Positions 1 to 8,622 of a stretch of DNA of 24,000 bases are shown piece after piece. The stretch spans positions 98,334 through 122,333 of the forward strand of contig JALEFZ010000043.1 of the NCBI GenBank assembly GCA_022760475.1. Direction: 5' to 3'. Under the pieces are notes generated by a model. The model was not told where the DNA came from. It saw nothing but the letters and a program-made list of their open reading frames with translations, and made no database searches. Position 1 is the stretch's first letter, and the number at the start of each line of letters is the position of its first letter. This DNA is from Bacteroidia bacterium (GTDB lineage: Bacteria > Bacteroidota > Bacteroidia > J057). Position numbers and translations under genes: made by a program.

Positions 1-947
1 ACGAAACTCATTTGGCAGCCTATACAGGCTCAGAATATAAGGAGAGAGTTGCTGAGCGCGAAGCAAGAAAGCAACACCTGGTTTCTCTTTGGGATGCTCA
101 CTTCGAAGATCCTGAAACTGCTAGAAACATCCACTGGAAAATGGCCATCGACTTGAACAAGTGTACAGGTTGTGGGGCATGTGTGGTTGCATGTAATGCA
201 GAAAACAACGTTCCTGTTGTAGGTAAAGAGGAAGTTCGTACCCGTCGCGAGATGCACTGGATGAGAATTGACCGCTACTACCGCGGTAATCCAAACGATC
301 CAGATGTAGTATTCCAGCCAATGCTTTGTCAGCACTGTGACAATGCTCCTTGTGAGACTGTATGTCCGGTATTGGCGACTATCCACTCTAATGAGGGATT
401 GAACCAAATGACTTACAACCGTTGTATCGGTACCCGTTACTGTGCCAACAACTGTCCTTACAAAGTTCGTCGCTTCAACTGGTTTAATTACTACAATGAC
501 AACCAGTTCAAGGATTTCTATACCCACTCCAAACTTGGACGTCTGGTTCTTAACCCTGACGTTACGGTACGTTACCGTGGAGTAATGGAGAAGTGTTCTT
601 TCTGTGTTCAGCGTCTACAGGATGCCAAGCTAAGAGCCAAGGTTAACGCCAAGTCTACCTTCGCCAAGCCTGAAGATGGAGATGTACAGGTTGCTTGCCA
701 GCAGTCTTGTCCTACTGGTGCCATCGTATTCGGTGATGCGAACGACAGAGAAAGCGAAATCTACAAAGCACTTCGCCACCAGCGTAGCTACGTTGCACTG
801 GAAGAAGTTAAAACTCTTCCTTCTGTTCAGTACCAGGCTTTGGTAAGAAACAGAACCAACGGAGAAGCTGATGCACGTGAAGAAGCTTTCAACGAGTGGA
901 GAAAAGAGACTTACGGTCCTGGTTACGAAGTACCAACCGAAGCCTAA
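1..947 (+). CDS. actB: Alternative complex III subunit ActB, C-terminal Fe-S (NrfC/PsrB-like) portion; the 5' end lies upstream of the window
   Basis: The frame is open from nt 3 (gaa act cat ttg...), so the listed TTG at 12 is internal. Cys clusters typical of 4Fe-4S ferredoxin domains are present: CTGCGACVVAC, CQHCDNAPCETVCP, CIGTRYCANNCP, CSFC and CQQSCP. actC-F follow directly. Confidence 0.88.
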   Translation, partial: ETHLAAYTGSEYKERVAEREARKQHLVSLWDAHFEDPETARNIHWKMAIDLNKCTGCGACVVACNAENNVPVVGKEEVRTRREMHWMRIDRYYRGNPNDPDVVFQPMLCQHCDNAPCETVCPVLATIHSNEGLNQMTYNRCIGTRYCANNCPYKVRRFNWFNYYNDNQFKDFYTHSKLGRLVLNPDVTVRYRGVMEKCSFCVQRLQDAKLRAKVNAKSTFAKPEDGDVQVACQQSCPTGAIVFGDANDRESEIYKALRHQRSYVALEEVKTLPSVQYQALVRNRTNGEADAREEAFNEWRKETYGPGYEVPTEA

Positions 948-959
948 AGATAAAATAAA

Positions 960-979
960 GCCCTGGTTTAGGCCAGGGC
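960..979 (+). other. GC-rich hairpin in the actB-actC spacer (possible attenuator or mRNA-stabilising element)
   Basis: gccctgg (960-966) pairs with ccagggc (973-979), with an extra t967-g972 wobble and the loop ttag. It starts 13 nt after the actB stop and is followed only by a short T run (ccattttg). Confidence 0.4.
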
Positions 980-1051
980 ACCATTTTGAATCCAATAATG
1001 CCTACGGGCAAGAAAATAAAAGAGAACAGTTAAAAAAGGTCAACACCTCAC

Positions 1052-2506
1052 ATGGCACACGTAAGATCTGAAATTCGCCAGGATTGGGTAACAAACACGG
1101 ACACCTACGGTCAACTGACCGCGGATATTGTTCGCCCGATCGAAAATAAGCCCAACGCCTTGTGGCTGATATTTACAATTATCTCCGGTTTGGTTATGCT
1201 GATGTGTTTTGGACTCATCGGTTGGACCATTTACGAGGGTATTGGAACCTGGGGCCTCAACAAAACCATTGGTTGGGCATTCGACATTACAAACTTTGTA
1301 TTCTGGGTAGGTATCGGACATGCCGGTACGCTTATCTCAGCTGTATTGATGCTTTTCCGTCAGGAATGGCGTAACTCAATTAACCGTGCATCTGAGGCGA
1401 TGACAATTTTCGCCGTATTTTGTGCAGGTCTTTTCCCATTGATCCACATGGGCCGTATCTGGGTTGCATTCTGGACCCTTCCACTGCCAAACACACGTGG
1501 TTCTCTTTGGGTAAACTTTAACTCACCTCTTCTTTGGGACGTATTTGCGATCTCAACTTACCTGACGGTATCCATTGTATTCTGGTATCTAGGAATGATT
1601 CCTGACCTGGCTACAATCAGGGACCGCATGAAACGTGCAGGTAGAAACTTTGAAGCATGGATCTACGGCCTCTTTGCCATGGGATGGGCTGGATCTTCAA
1701 GAAACTGGTCTAGATATGAGGTTATTTCTCTTATCCTCGCAGGTCTAGCAACTCCACTGGTACTTTCGGTACACTCCATCGTATCCATGGACTTTGCAAC
1801 TGCGGTTCTTCCTGGATGGCACACTACTATCTTCCCTCCATACTTCGTAGCAGGTGCGATCTTTTCCGGATTCGGTATGGTACAGACCCTGATGATTGTA
1901 ACCAGAAAGGTCTACAAACTGGAGAACTACATTACCATGGACCACATGGAGTCCATTGCCAAGATTGTCATTGCAACAGGATCTCTTGTAGGTCTTGCTT
2001 ATATGACTGAGCTGTTCATCGCATATTACTCAGGATCACTTTGGGAGCGCTATGCATTCATCAACCGTGCCCTTGGGCCTTATGGATGGTCTTACTGGAT
2101 CATGTTCTCTTGTAACGTAATTACTCCACAGCTATTCTGGTTCAAGAAAATCAGAACCAATATGTTGGCGACCTTCATCATTTCGATCTTCGTGAACATC
2201 GGTATGTGGTTTGAACGATTTGTGATCATCATCACTTCTCTTCACCAGGACTTCTTGCCTTCGAGTTGGGCAATGTACACTCCTACCTGGGTTGAGGTTG
2301 GAATCTTTGTAGGAACATTTGGTCTGTTTATGTTCTTCTTCTTCCTGTTCTCTAAGTACCTACCTGTTATCAATATGTTTGAGGTTAAAACCTTGATGCA
2401 CAATATCAAGAAACCACAGCATGTGATCGACATAGAAAATGGAAACGGCGGTAGCGTTGAAACAGAAAGTGAGTATGAGTCAGGAGACTCTGAAGGCGAA
2501 AATTAA
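1052..2506 (+). CDS. actC: Alternative complex III subunit ActC (NrfD/PsrC-like polytopic quinol-binding membrane subunit)
   Basis: 484-aa ORF with an ATG start. It has many hydrophobic helices and NrfD-like sequence (WGLNKTIGWAFDITNFVFWVGIGHAGTLISA). It sits directly after the Fe-S subunit. The C-terminus is an acidic tail (GGSVETESEYESGDSEGEN). Confidence 0.88.
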   Translation: MAHVRSEIRQDWVTNTDTYGQLTADIVRPIENKPNALWLIFTIISGLVMLMCFGLIGWTIYEGIGTWGLNKTIGWAFDITNFVFWVGIGHAGTLISAVLMLFRQEWRNSINRASEAMTIFAVFCAGLFPLIHMGRIWVAFWTLPLPNTRGSLWVNFNSPLLWDVFAISTYLTVSIVFWYLGMIPDLATIRDRMKRAGRNFEAWIYGLFAMGWAGSSRNWSRYEVISLILAGLATPLVLSVHSIVSMDFATAVLPGWHTTIFPPYFVAGAIFSGFGMVQTLMIVTRKVYKLENYITMDHMESIAKIVIATGSLVGLAYMTELFIAYYSGSLWERYAFINRALGPYGWSYWIMFSCNVITPQLFWFKKIRTNMLATFIISIFVNIGMWFERFVIIITSLHQDFLPSSWAMYTPTWVEVGIFVGTFGLFMFFFFLFSKYLPVINMFEVKTLMHNIKKPQHVIDIENGNGGSVETESEYESGDSEGEN

Positions 2507-2539
2507 TCATCAGAACACACGCATTAAGTAAAAAATATA

Positions 2540-3055
2540 ATGGAAAAGAATTTTTTGATCGGTAAGTTCTGGAACACAGATCATGTCCTCAAAGCAGCTA
2601 AGACCCTGAAGGAGAAAGGTGTGCTTATCTATGATGTGTTTTCCCCTTTTCCTATTCACGGCATTGAGCCATTCCTTAACATCAAGCGTTCCAGGCTGGC
2701 AATTGCTGCCTTCTTTCTGGGATTGCTAGGAGCTACGGTCGCAGTAACTTGTATGAGCCTTATTTATGGTGCCATCTGGCCAATGAATATCGGTGGTAAG
2801 CCTGCACTTGCATTTCCTGACTTTGTACCCATTACCTTTGAGATGACAGTATTTTTTGCATGTCATGGTATGGTACTTACTTTCTTCATGGTAGGAAACT
2901 ATTGGCCTGGGAAAAAGGCCAGACTGTTCGATGATCGTCAGACTGACGACGTATTCATCATCGCTATCGACGAAGAAAAACTGGAAAATGAGTCTGCTGT
3001 AAAAGCTGTACTTAGTGAATCCGGTGCTTATGAAATCGGCTATCAAACCCTGTAA
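2540..3055 (+). CDS. actD: Alternative complex III subunit ActD (DUF3341-type)
   Basis: 171 aa. A soluble N-terminal segment (LIYDVFSPFPIHGIEP) is followed by two hydrophobic helices, which is the usual ActD pattern. Its position between actC and actE fits. Confidence 0.82.
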   Translation: MEKNFLIGKFWNTDHVLKAAKTLKEKGVLIYDVFSPFPIHGIEPFLNIKRSRLAIAAFFLGLLGATVAVTCMSLIYGAIWPMNIGGKPALAFPDFVPITFEMTVFFACHGMVLTFFMVGNYWPGKKARLFDDRQTDDVFIIAIDEEKLENESAVKAVLSESGAYEIGYQTL

Positions 3056-3076
3056 ATCTTGAATAATCAGTCCATC

Positions 3077-3763
3077 ATGACCAAGATATTTATACAACTT
3101 AAGTTAATCCTTGTCGCGGTGCTTCTGGTATCCCTGATGACCAGTTGCTATAGCGATAGATCCAAGCGTAACCTAGAGTACGCACCGAACATGTACAACT
3201 CACTTCCTTTGGAGCCTTTCTCACAGACTGAGTACTGGGAGACTCACATGGGTGGTAACTATGCCGCTGTAAAAGGGTCTGACCAGAAAGCCCTTAAAGA
3301 GGTGAATTTCAAGTACGGAATGTCCATGCAGAAGCCTGTAGAAGGAACTGTACCTCGTGGAGATTCATGGTACTACAAAAATGACCACAAACTGCCTTGG
3401 GAGCCATATCCATATCCCAACACAGCAGAAGGATACGAAGAAGCGGGTGTTGAATTGGATTTTCCAGCAGGTTTCGACAAAGACGATCCTACTGTGAAGA
3501 AAAGGGGAGAAGAGCTTTATACTACTTTCTGTGTAAACTGCCACGGTCCGAATGGTCAGGCCAAAGGAAACCTGATGACCTCCGGTAAATTTGTAGGTGT
3601 TCCCGCATATGAAGTACGTATGAAAGGACTGCCTGTAGGAAAAATGTACCACACCCTTACTTATGGTAAAGGTGTAATGGGATCTCACGCATGGCAACTG
3701 ACTCCAAGAGAGCGCTGGGAAGTTATTTCCTATATCCTAAAGTGGAAACCTGCTGATGAGTAG
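3077..3763 (+). CDS. actE: Alternative complex III subunit ActE, monoheme c-type cytochrome, probable lipoprotein
   Basis: There is a single CxxCH heme-binding motif (CVNCH). The N-terminal signal ends in a lipobox-like LMTSC. The ORF track starts at TTG 3059, but I prefer the first ATG at 3077 (MTKIFIQLK...). The start remains uncertain. Confidence 0.82.
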   Translation: MTKIFIQLKLILVAVLLVSLMTSCYSDRSKRNLEYAPNMYNSLPLEPFSQTEYWETHMGGNYAAVKGSDQKALKEVNFKYGMSMQKPVEGTVPRGDSWYYKNDHKLPWEPYPYPNTAEGYEEAGVELDFPAGFDKDDPTVKKRGEELYTTFCVNCHGPNGQAKGNLMTSGKFVGVPAYEVRMKGLPVGKMYHTLTYGKGVMGSHAWQLTPRERWEVISYILKWKPADE

Positions 3764-3817
3764 GCTGGCAACTTTTGACCAACAATTTGAAGCAATTTTT
3801 TAAAAATATAAGGAACT

Positions 3818-5428
3818 GTGGCACACACACATTTTAATCCAGAAGAACTAAACGACCGCTATGAATTCAAGGGGCCGTTAAGAAGTATTGCCTTCGGTCT
3901 GATAGGCGTGGGCATTGTATTGCTACTCGTGGGTGCATTCTTGGGTGGTTCGCCTTCAAGTACTGAAGAAGATCATGGCGCAGATAGCCACTCTTCACTT
4001 GAGCAGGTTGACGACCAGAGCGCTACCTTCATCCGCGTTCAGAATGATGAGCACGGAGATGAGCATGCTGATGAGCACGGCGATGAAGGTCATGGAGAAA
4101 CTCATGGGGAAGATCACGCAGACGAAACTCACGCTGAAGGAGATTCTCATGGGGAGGAGCACGACTCCGAAGGACATCTTTTCAAGGAAGGAGATTCTCA
4201 TGGAGATGGTGAGCATCATGACGGAGATCATGCTGAGCATAGCGAAGGACATGGACACCACGCTCCGGTACACCCGATCAGTATGAGAACCAGGGTTTTG
4301 GCCAATATCCTCCTTGCAGGAATGTACTTCTTTCTGATAGGATGTGGAGCCTTGTTTTTCCTGGCAATCCACAAAGTTGCCAATGGTGGATGGCAGACTG
4401 CTATTCGTCGTATCCCAGAAGCAATGACTCAGTACATAGCCATTGGAGGAGTTTTGTTCCTTGTATTGCTGGCTTTCCTTCCTCAGCTATTTGACTGGGC
4501 CTATATCGAATCAAATGACCTATGGGCTCAAGATGCCTTGGTAAATAAAAAGAAAGGTTGGTTGAATACTCCTTTCTTCGCTATCAGAACCGTTCTCTTC
4601 ATCGGTTTCTGGGTGTTGACTGCAACACTAATCCGCCGCTGGTCAGTAGCTTCTGACATCGACAAAGCCAATGCACTTTCATATTTCAAAAAGGAAGGAA
4701 CCCTTTCGGCAGTATTCATCATCATATATGCCATTACTTTCTGCCTATTCACATTTGACTGGTTGAAATCACTTGAACCACACTTCTTCTCTACCATCTA
4801 TGGTGTAAAGATGTTTGGTAGATCTATGGTATCTGCGATGGTTGTGATGTACTTCATTACTGCTTACCTAAGAAGACAAGGACACCTTAAGCATGTAAGC
4901 AACAGCCACATGCATGACATTGGTGGTTATGCCTTTGGCTTCACCATCTTCTGGTCTTACGTATGGCTCGCACAATACCTGCTAATCTGGTATTCAAATA
5001 TTCCGGAAGAAGGAATGTATTATGTGAAGCGTTATAGAATGGATGATCCGAATGGAACATACCTGGGCTACGCATTCTTCTTCTATGGAAACATCATCAT
5101 CAACTTTATCATTCCATTCCTTGGGTTAATTGCTCCTGTTGTGAAGAGAAATATTCAGTACTTCCTTCCAATCGGTATCGTCATGCTTTATGGACATTGG
5201 CACGACCTCTACAACTTGATTATGCCAGGTGCCATGAGAGATCAGTGGGGCATTGGATTGGTAGAAATCGGAGCCTTCCTGGCATTCGCAGGTCTGTTCA
5301 TCTTTGTGGTCTTTACCGCGCTTTCAAGGGCAAATCTTTATGCCAAGCACCATCCCTATATGGAAGAGAGCTACCACCACAATACAGGTGAGATCTTCAA
5401 GGATATTGACCTTGATCCAGCCAAGTAA
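3818..5428 (+). CDS. actF: Alternative complex III subunit ActF (second NrfD-like membrane subunit) with a His/Asp/Glu-rich insertion
   Basis: 536-aa ORF with a GTG start (MAHTHF...). It is polytopic and paralogous in style to ActC, and it is the last gene before a terminator. Aa 45-156 form a non-hydrophobic His/acidic tract between the first two predicted TM helices. Confidence 0.85.
   Translation: MAHTHFNPEELNDRYEFKGPLRSIAFGLIGVGIVLLLVGAFLGGSPSSTEEDHGADSHSSLEQVDDQSATFIRVQNDEHGDEHADEHGDEGHGETHGEDHADETHAEGDSHGEEHDSEGHLFKEGDSHGDGEHHDGDHAEHSEGHGHHAPVHPISMRTRVLANILLAGMYFFLIGCGALFFLAIHKVANGGWQTAIRRIPEAMTQYIAIGGVLFLVLLAFLPQLFDWAYIESNDLWAQDALVNKKKGWLNTPFFAIRTVLFIGFWVLTATLIRRWSVASDIDKANALSYFKKEGTLSAVFIIIYAITFCLFTFDWLKSLEPHFFSTIYGVKMFGRSMVSAMVVMYFITAYLRRQGHLKHVSNSHMHDIGGYAFGFTIFWSYVWLAQYLLIWYSNIPEEGMYYVKRYRMDDPNGTYLGYAFFFYGNIIINFIIPFLGLIAPVVKRNIQYFLPIGIVMLYGHWHDLYNLIMPGAMRDQWGIGLVEIGAFLAFAGLFIFVVFTALSRANLYAKHHPYMEESYHHNTGEIFKDIDLDPAK
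4046..4273 (+). repeat. Degenerate in-frame 12-nt tandem repeats encoding (D/E)(D/E)H(G/A)-type units inside actF
   Basis: The run begins gatgagcacgga gatgagcatgct gatgagcacggc gatgaaggtcat ggagaaactcat ggggaagatcac. An exact 17-nt duplicate, gaaggagattctcatgg, occurs at 4136-4152 and 4187-4203. I counted 19 His in the 76 encoded residues. Confidence 0.75.
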
Positions 5429-5439
5429 TTATTAGCGTA

Positions 5440-5470
5440 AAAAACCTCGTGAAAAAAAGCGAGGTTTTTT
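5440..5470 (+). terminator. Rho-independent terminator of the ACIII operon
   Basis: aaaaacctcg (5440-5449) pairs with cgaggttttt (5460-5469) around an A-rich loop and ends in a T6 run. It starts 12 nt after the actF stop. Confidence 0.85.
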
Positions 5471-5558
5471 ACCAAAAAAATATATAGGTTTTTAACAATA
5501 CGTTCTTTTTTCAGTTATTACCCTAAAGAATTTTTTCACGATCAATTTGTGAGACAAA

Positions 5559-6680
5559 ATGGATGCAGCAGCATTATTAAATATTTCCCAAGTTCTTCTG
5601 ATAGCCATACTGGTTTTTGTGGCCATCAACCTTTATTTGGTATTCAGACTGAAGGACATTGATCCATTTAGAAAATGGGACCCTGACAAAATCAATGGAA
5701 CATTATTCCTCCTATTCTTTGTGGTAGGTCTACCTGTATCTATTGTAGCTACCATGAACTGGAGCGATACTTTTACCCTTTTGATCCATCCTGCTTCTGA
5801 GCATGGAGCAGAGATTGACAGAATGCACATCAATACCATGATTGTTGCTATTCTTGTAAGTGTGGTTACAAATCTGATCCTGTTTTACTTCTCTTGGCGA
5901 TACAGGTATGACAAAGACAATAAAGCCCTTTATTACCCTCACAACAACCGTTTGGAGATCATCTGGACAGCAGTACCTGCAGTTGTACTTACCCTTTTGG
6001 TATTCGATGGTGTAGGAGTATGGCACGACATCTGGAAAGAAATTCCTGAAGATCAGGAAGTGGTAAATATTGAGGTAAATGGAAAACAGTTTGGATGGAC
6101 TGCTCGTTATCCTGGTGAAGATTTGACCTTTGGAGAAACCAATATTGGATTTATCAGTGAGGCTGATGGAAATGCACTTGGTTTCAACAAAGAAGACGAG
6201 AAAGGCTTCGATGACTTGGTCGTTCAGGAGCTTCACCTTCCGGTAAACAAGCTGGTTCACATTGACATTAAGTCAAGAGACGTACTACACTCGATGACTC
6301 TTGCACACTTCCGTGTAAAAATGGATGCAGTACCAGGGATGCCAACATATTTCAACTTCACTCCAACCATTACTACTGACAGCATGAGAACTTTGAAGCA
6401 GAATCCTGACTTCAATTATGAAATGTCATGTCAGCAGATTTGTGGGGGTGGACACTGGAACATGCGCCTGATTGTAGTTGTAGAAAGTGAAGAAGACTAC
6501 AACAAATGGCTAAAAGAGCAGAAGACTTTTGCTCAGTTCTACAAAGAATTGAACGGAGTTGATCTTATTGCTCAGGCAAACGGAGAAACTGAAACAACCG
6601 AGCCTTCTTCTGAAGATGGAGAAGGAGCCGAAGGAGAAAACGAAACAGAGGCTACTGGAGAGGTAGCAATGGTGAAATAA
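5559..6680 (+). CDS. ctaC: Cytochrome c oxidase subunit II (CuA subunit, no fused cytochrome c domain)
   Basis: Two N-terminal TM helices are followed by a cupredoxin domain with CuA ligands (HSMTLAHF ... CQQICGGGHWNM). There is no CxxCH motif. The C-terminus is an acidic tail. Confidence 0.9.
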   Translation: MDAAALLNISQVLLIAILVFVAINLYLVFRLKDIDPFRKWDPDKINGTLFLLFFVVGLPVSIVATMNWSDTFTLLIHPASEHGAEIDRMHINTMIVAILVSVVTNLILFYFSWRYRYDKDNKALYYPHNNRLEIIWTAVPAVVLTLLVFDGVGVWHDIWKEIPEDQEVVNIEVNGKQFGWTARYPGEDLTFGETNIGFISEADGNALGFNKEDEKGFDDLVVQELHLPVNKLVHIDIKSRDVLHSMTLAHFRVKMDAVPGMPTYFNFTPTITTDSMRTLKQNPDFNYEMSCQQICGGGHWNMRLIVVVESEEDYNKWLKEQKTFAQFYKELNGVDLIAQANGETETTEPSSEDGEGAEGENETEATGEVAMVK

Positions 6681-6716
6681 ATTAACTGAAGGAAACAATA
6701 ATCACGAAATTTGGAT

Positions 6717-8621
6717 ATGTCAGACGTTACGCAGAATCAACATCATACCCTGCACGATGAGTTGCATGATCATGCAGCTCACCACCACGACCATCATGGT
6801 CATGGCAATTTCTGGACGACGTACGTATTCAGTACTGACCACAAGGTAATTGCCAAGCAGTTCCTAATCACGGGTATCATCATGGCGATCATAGGTATCG
6901 GTATGTCTACCCTATTCCGTCTTCAATTAGCCTTTCCAGGACAAAGCATTCCTTTGCTGGAAACCCTACTAGGAAAATGGGCGCCTGACGGACAGCTTGA
7001 CCCTAACTTTTATCTTGCCCTCGTAACCATGCACGGTACCTTCATGGTATTCTTCGTACTGACGGCTGGTTTGAGTGGTACTTTCTCTAACTTCCTGATC
7101 CCGCTTCAAGTTGGAGCCAGAGACATGGCGTCAGGATTTATTAACATGCTTTCATACTGGTTCTTCTTTACTTCCAGTGTGATCATGGTGATCTCCCTAT
7201 TCGTCGAAAGTGGACCTGCAGCAGCAGGATGGACCATATATCCGCCGCTTAGTGCATTGCCACAAGCAATACCTGGTTCAGGTACAGGGATGACCCTATG
7301 GTTGATTTCTATGACCCTTTTCATTGCATCATCTTTGATGGGGGGTATCAACTACATCACTACTGTGATGAATCTTCGTACCAAAGGAATGTCATTCGAC
7401 CGCTTGCCTTTGACAGTTTGGGCATTCTTCCTGACTGCAATCATCGGTGTACTTTCCTTCCCAGTACTTTTCTCAGCTGCCCTTCTTTTGATGTTTGACC
7501 GTCTTCTAGGTACTTCCTTCTACCTGAGTGACATCTTCATTGGTGGAGAGATGCTACACTACCAGGGTGGTAGCCCAATTCTTTACCAGCACCTTTTCTG
7601 GTTCCTGGGACACCCCGAGGTATACATCGTACTTCTTCCAGCTTTGGGAATTTCTTCTGAGGTAATATCTGTTAACTCAAGAAAACCAATCTTTGGATAC
7701 AAGGCGATGATCGCCTCTATGATCGGTATTGCATTCCTATCCTTCATCGTATGGGCACACCACATGTTCGTAACTGGTATGAATCCATTCCTCGGAACTG
7801 TATTTATGCTCTTTACACTTGTAATTGCTGTCCCTTCTGCGATCAAGGCCTTCAACTATATCACAACCCTCTGGAAAGGTAACATACGGTTTACCCCGGC
7901 AATGATGTTTGCTATAGGCCTTGTGTCCTTCTTCATTACGGGGGGGATTACAGGTATCCTTCTTGGAAACGCTGCAATCGACATTCCTTTGCACGATACC
8001 TACTTCGTAACAGCTCACTTCCACCTTGTGATGGGTAGTGCATCTGCCTTCGGACTTTTCGCTGGTGTATATCACTGGTTCCCGAAAATGTTTGGTCGTA
8101 TGATGAACCCAAGACTTGGATACATCCACTTCTGGTTTACCTTCCTATCTCTATACTTGGTATTCTTCCCCATGCACTTCATGGGACTTGGAGGTGTAGC
8201 GCGCCACTACTACCAGTACACTGCCTTTGACTTCATGGGTGTATATGGAGACCTGAGTAAGTTTATCACCTACTCTGCAATCTTCGGATTCGTGGGACAG
8301 CTCTTCTTCCTGGCAAACTTCTTCTGGAACATTTTCTTCGGAAAAGAAGCTCCTCAGAACCCATGGAAAGCAAATACATTAGAGTGGACTACTCCACTGC
8401 GTCCTGGACACGGAAACTGGCCTGGAGAGATCCCAACTGTTTACCGTTGGCCATATGATTACTCTAAACCTGGAGTAAAAGACGATTTCCTTCCACAGCA
8501 TATCCCTGCTGAAGAGGTTGAATATGAGGAAGGCTTCCAGCCGGAAATGCCTGAGATTGAAAAAGCTCCAAGGCCGCAAGAAAATCCTGCAGCAGAGGAG
8601 ACAGAGGATAAAGAAGGATAA
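6717..8621 (+). CDS. ctaD: Cytochrome c oxidase subunit I (A-type heme-copper oxidase)
   Basis: Signature motifs are present: HLFWFLGHPEVYI (CuB His plus cross-linked Tyr, with the Glu of GHPEV), WAHHMF and TAHFHLVMG. The ORF track starts at TTG 6711, but I prefer the ATG at 6717. The N-terminus is His-rich and the C-terminus is acidic. Confidence 0.93.
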   Translation: MSDVTQNQHHTLHDELHDHAAHHHDHHGHGNFWTTYVFSTDHKVIAKQFLITGIIMAIIGIGMSTLFRLQLAFPGQSIPLLETLLGKWAPDGQLDPNFYLALVTMHGTFMVFFVLTAGLSGTFSNFLIPLQVGARDMASGFINMLSYWFFFTSSVIMVISLFVESGPAAAGWTIYPPLSALPQAIPGSGTGMTLWLISMTLFIASSLMGGINYITTVMNLRTKGMSFDRLPLTVWAFFLTAIIGVLSFPVLFSAALLLMFDRLLGTSFYLSDIFIGGEMLHYQGGSPILYQHLFWFLGHPEVYIVLLPALGISSEVISVNSRKPIFGYKAMIASMIGIAFLSFIVWAHHMFVTGMNPFLGTVFMLFTLVIAVPSAIKAFNYITTLWKGNIRFTPAMMFAIGLVSFFITGGITGILLGNAAIDIPLHDTYFVTAHFHLVMGSASAFGLFAGVYHWFPKMFGRMMNPRLGYIHFWFTFLSLYLVFFPMHFMGLGGVARHYYQYTAFDFMGVYGDLSKFITYSAIFGFVGQLFFLANFFWNIFFGKEAPQNPWKANTLEWTTPLRPGHGNWPGEIPTVYRWPYDYSKPGVKDDFLPQHIPAEEVEYEEGFQPEMPEIEKAPRPQENPAAEETEDKEG

Positions 8622-8622
8622 T

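Noticed and set aside
871-1071. A 66-aa plus-strand ORF spans the actB-actC spacer.
   Set aside because: It overlaps the 3' end of actB in another frame and runs through the hairpin into the actC start. The predicted peptide is basic and low-complexity with no recognisable features.
3915-4372. Two long alternate-frame ORFs (3915-4286 plus strand, 3995-4372 minus strand) overlap the actF His-rich tract.
   Set aside because: They arise because the GAN/CAY-rich repeat is free of stop codons in other frames. Their products are low-complexity and have no start context, and the actF frame is continuous with conserved membrane domains on both sides.
5542-5549. A near-consensus -7 box (TCAATTTG) lies upstream of coxII.
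   Set aside because: It lacks the TA dinucleotide and has no TTTG at the expected -33 spacing. It also ends only 9 nt before the ATG. The cox operon promoter is probably within 5471-5558, but I cannot place it.
5559-6680. I considered whether the oxidase is a caa3 type with cytochrome c fused to subunit II.
   Set aside because: CoxII has no CxxCH motif. Its C-terminus is an acidic low-complexity tail rather than a heme domain.
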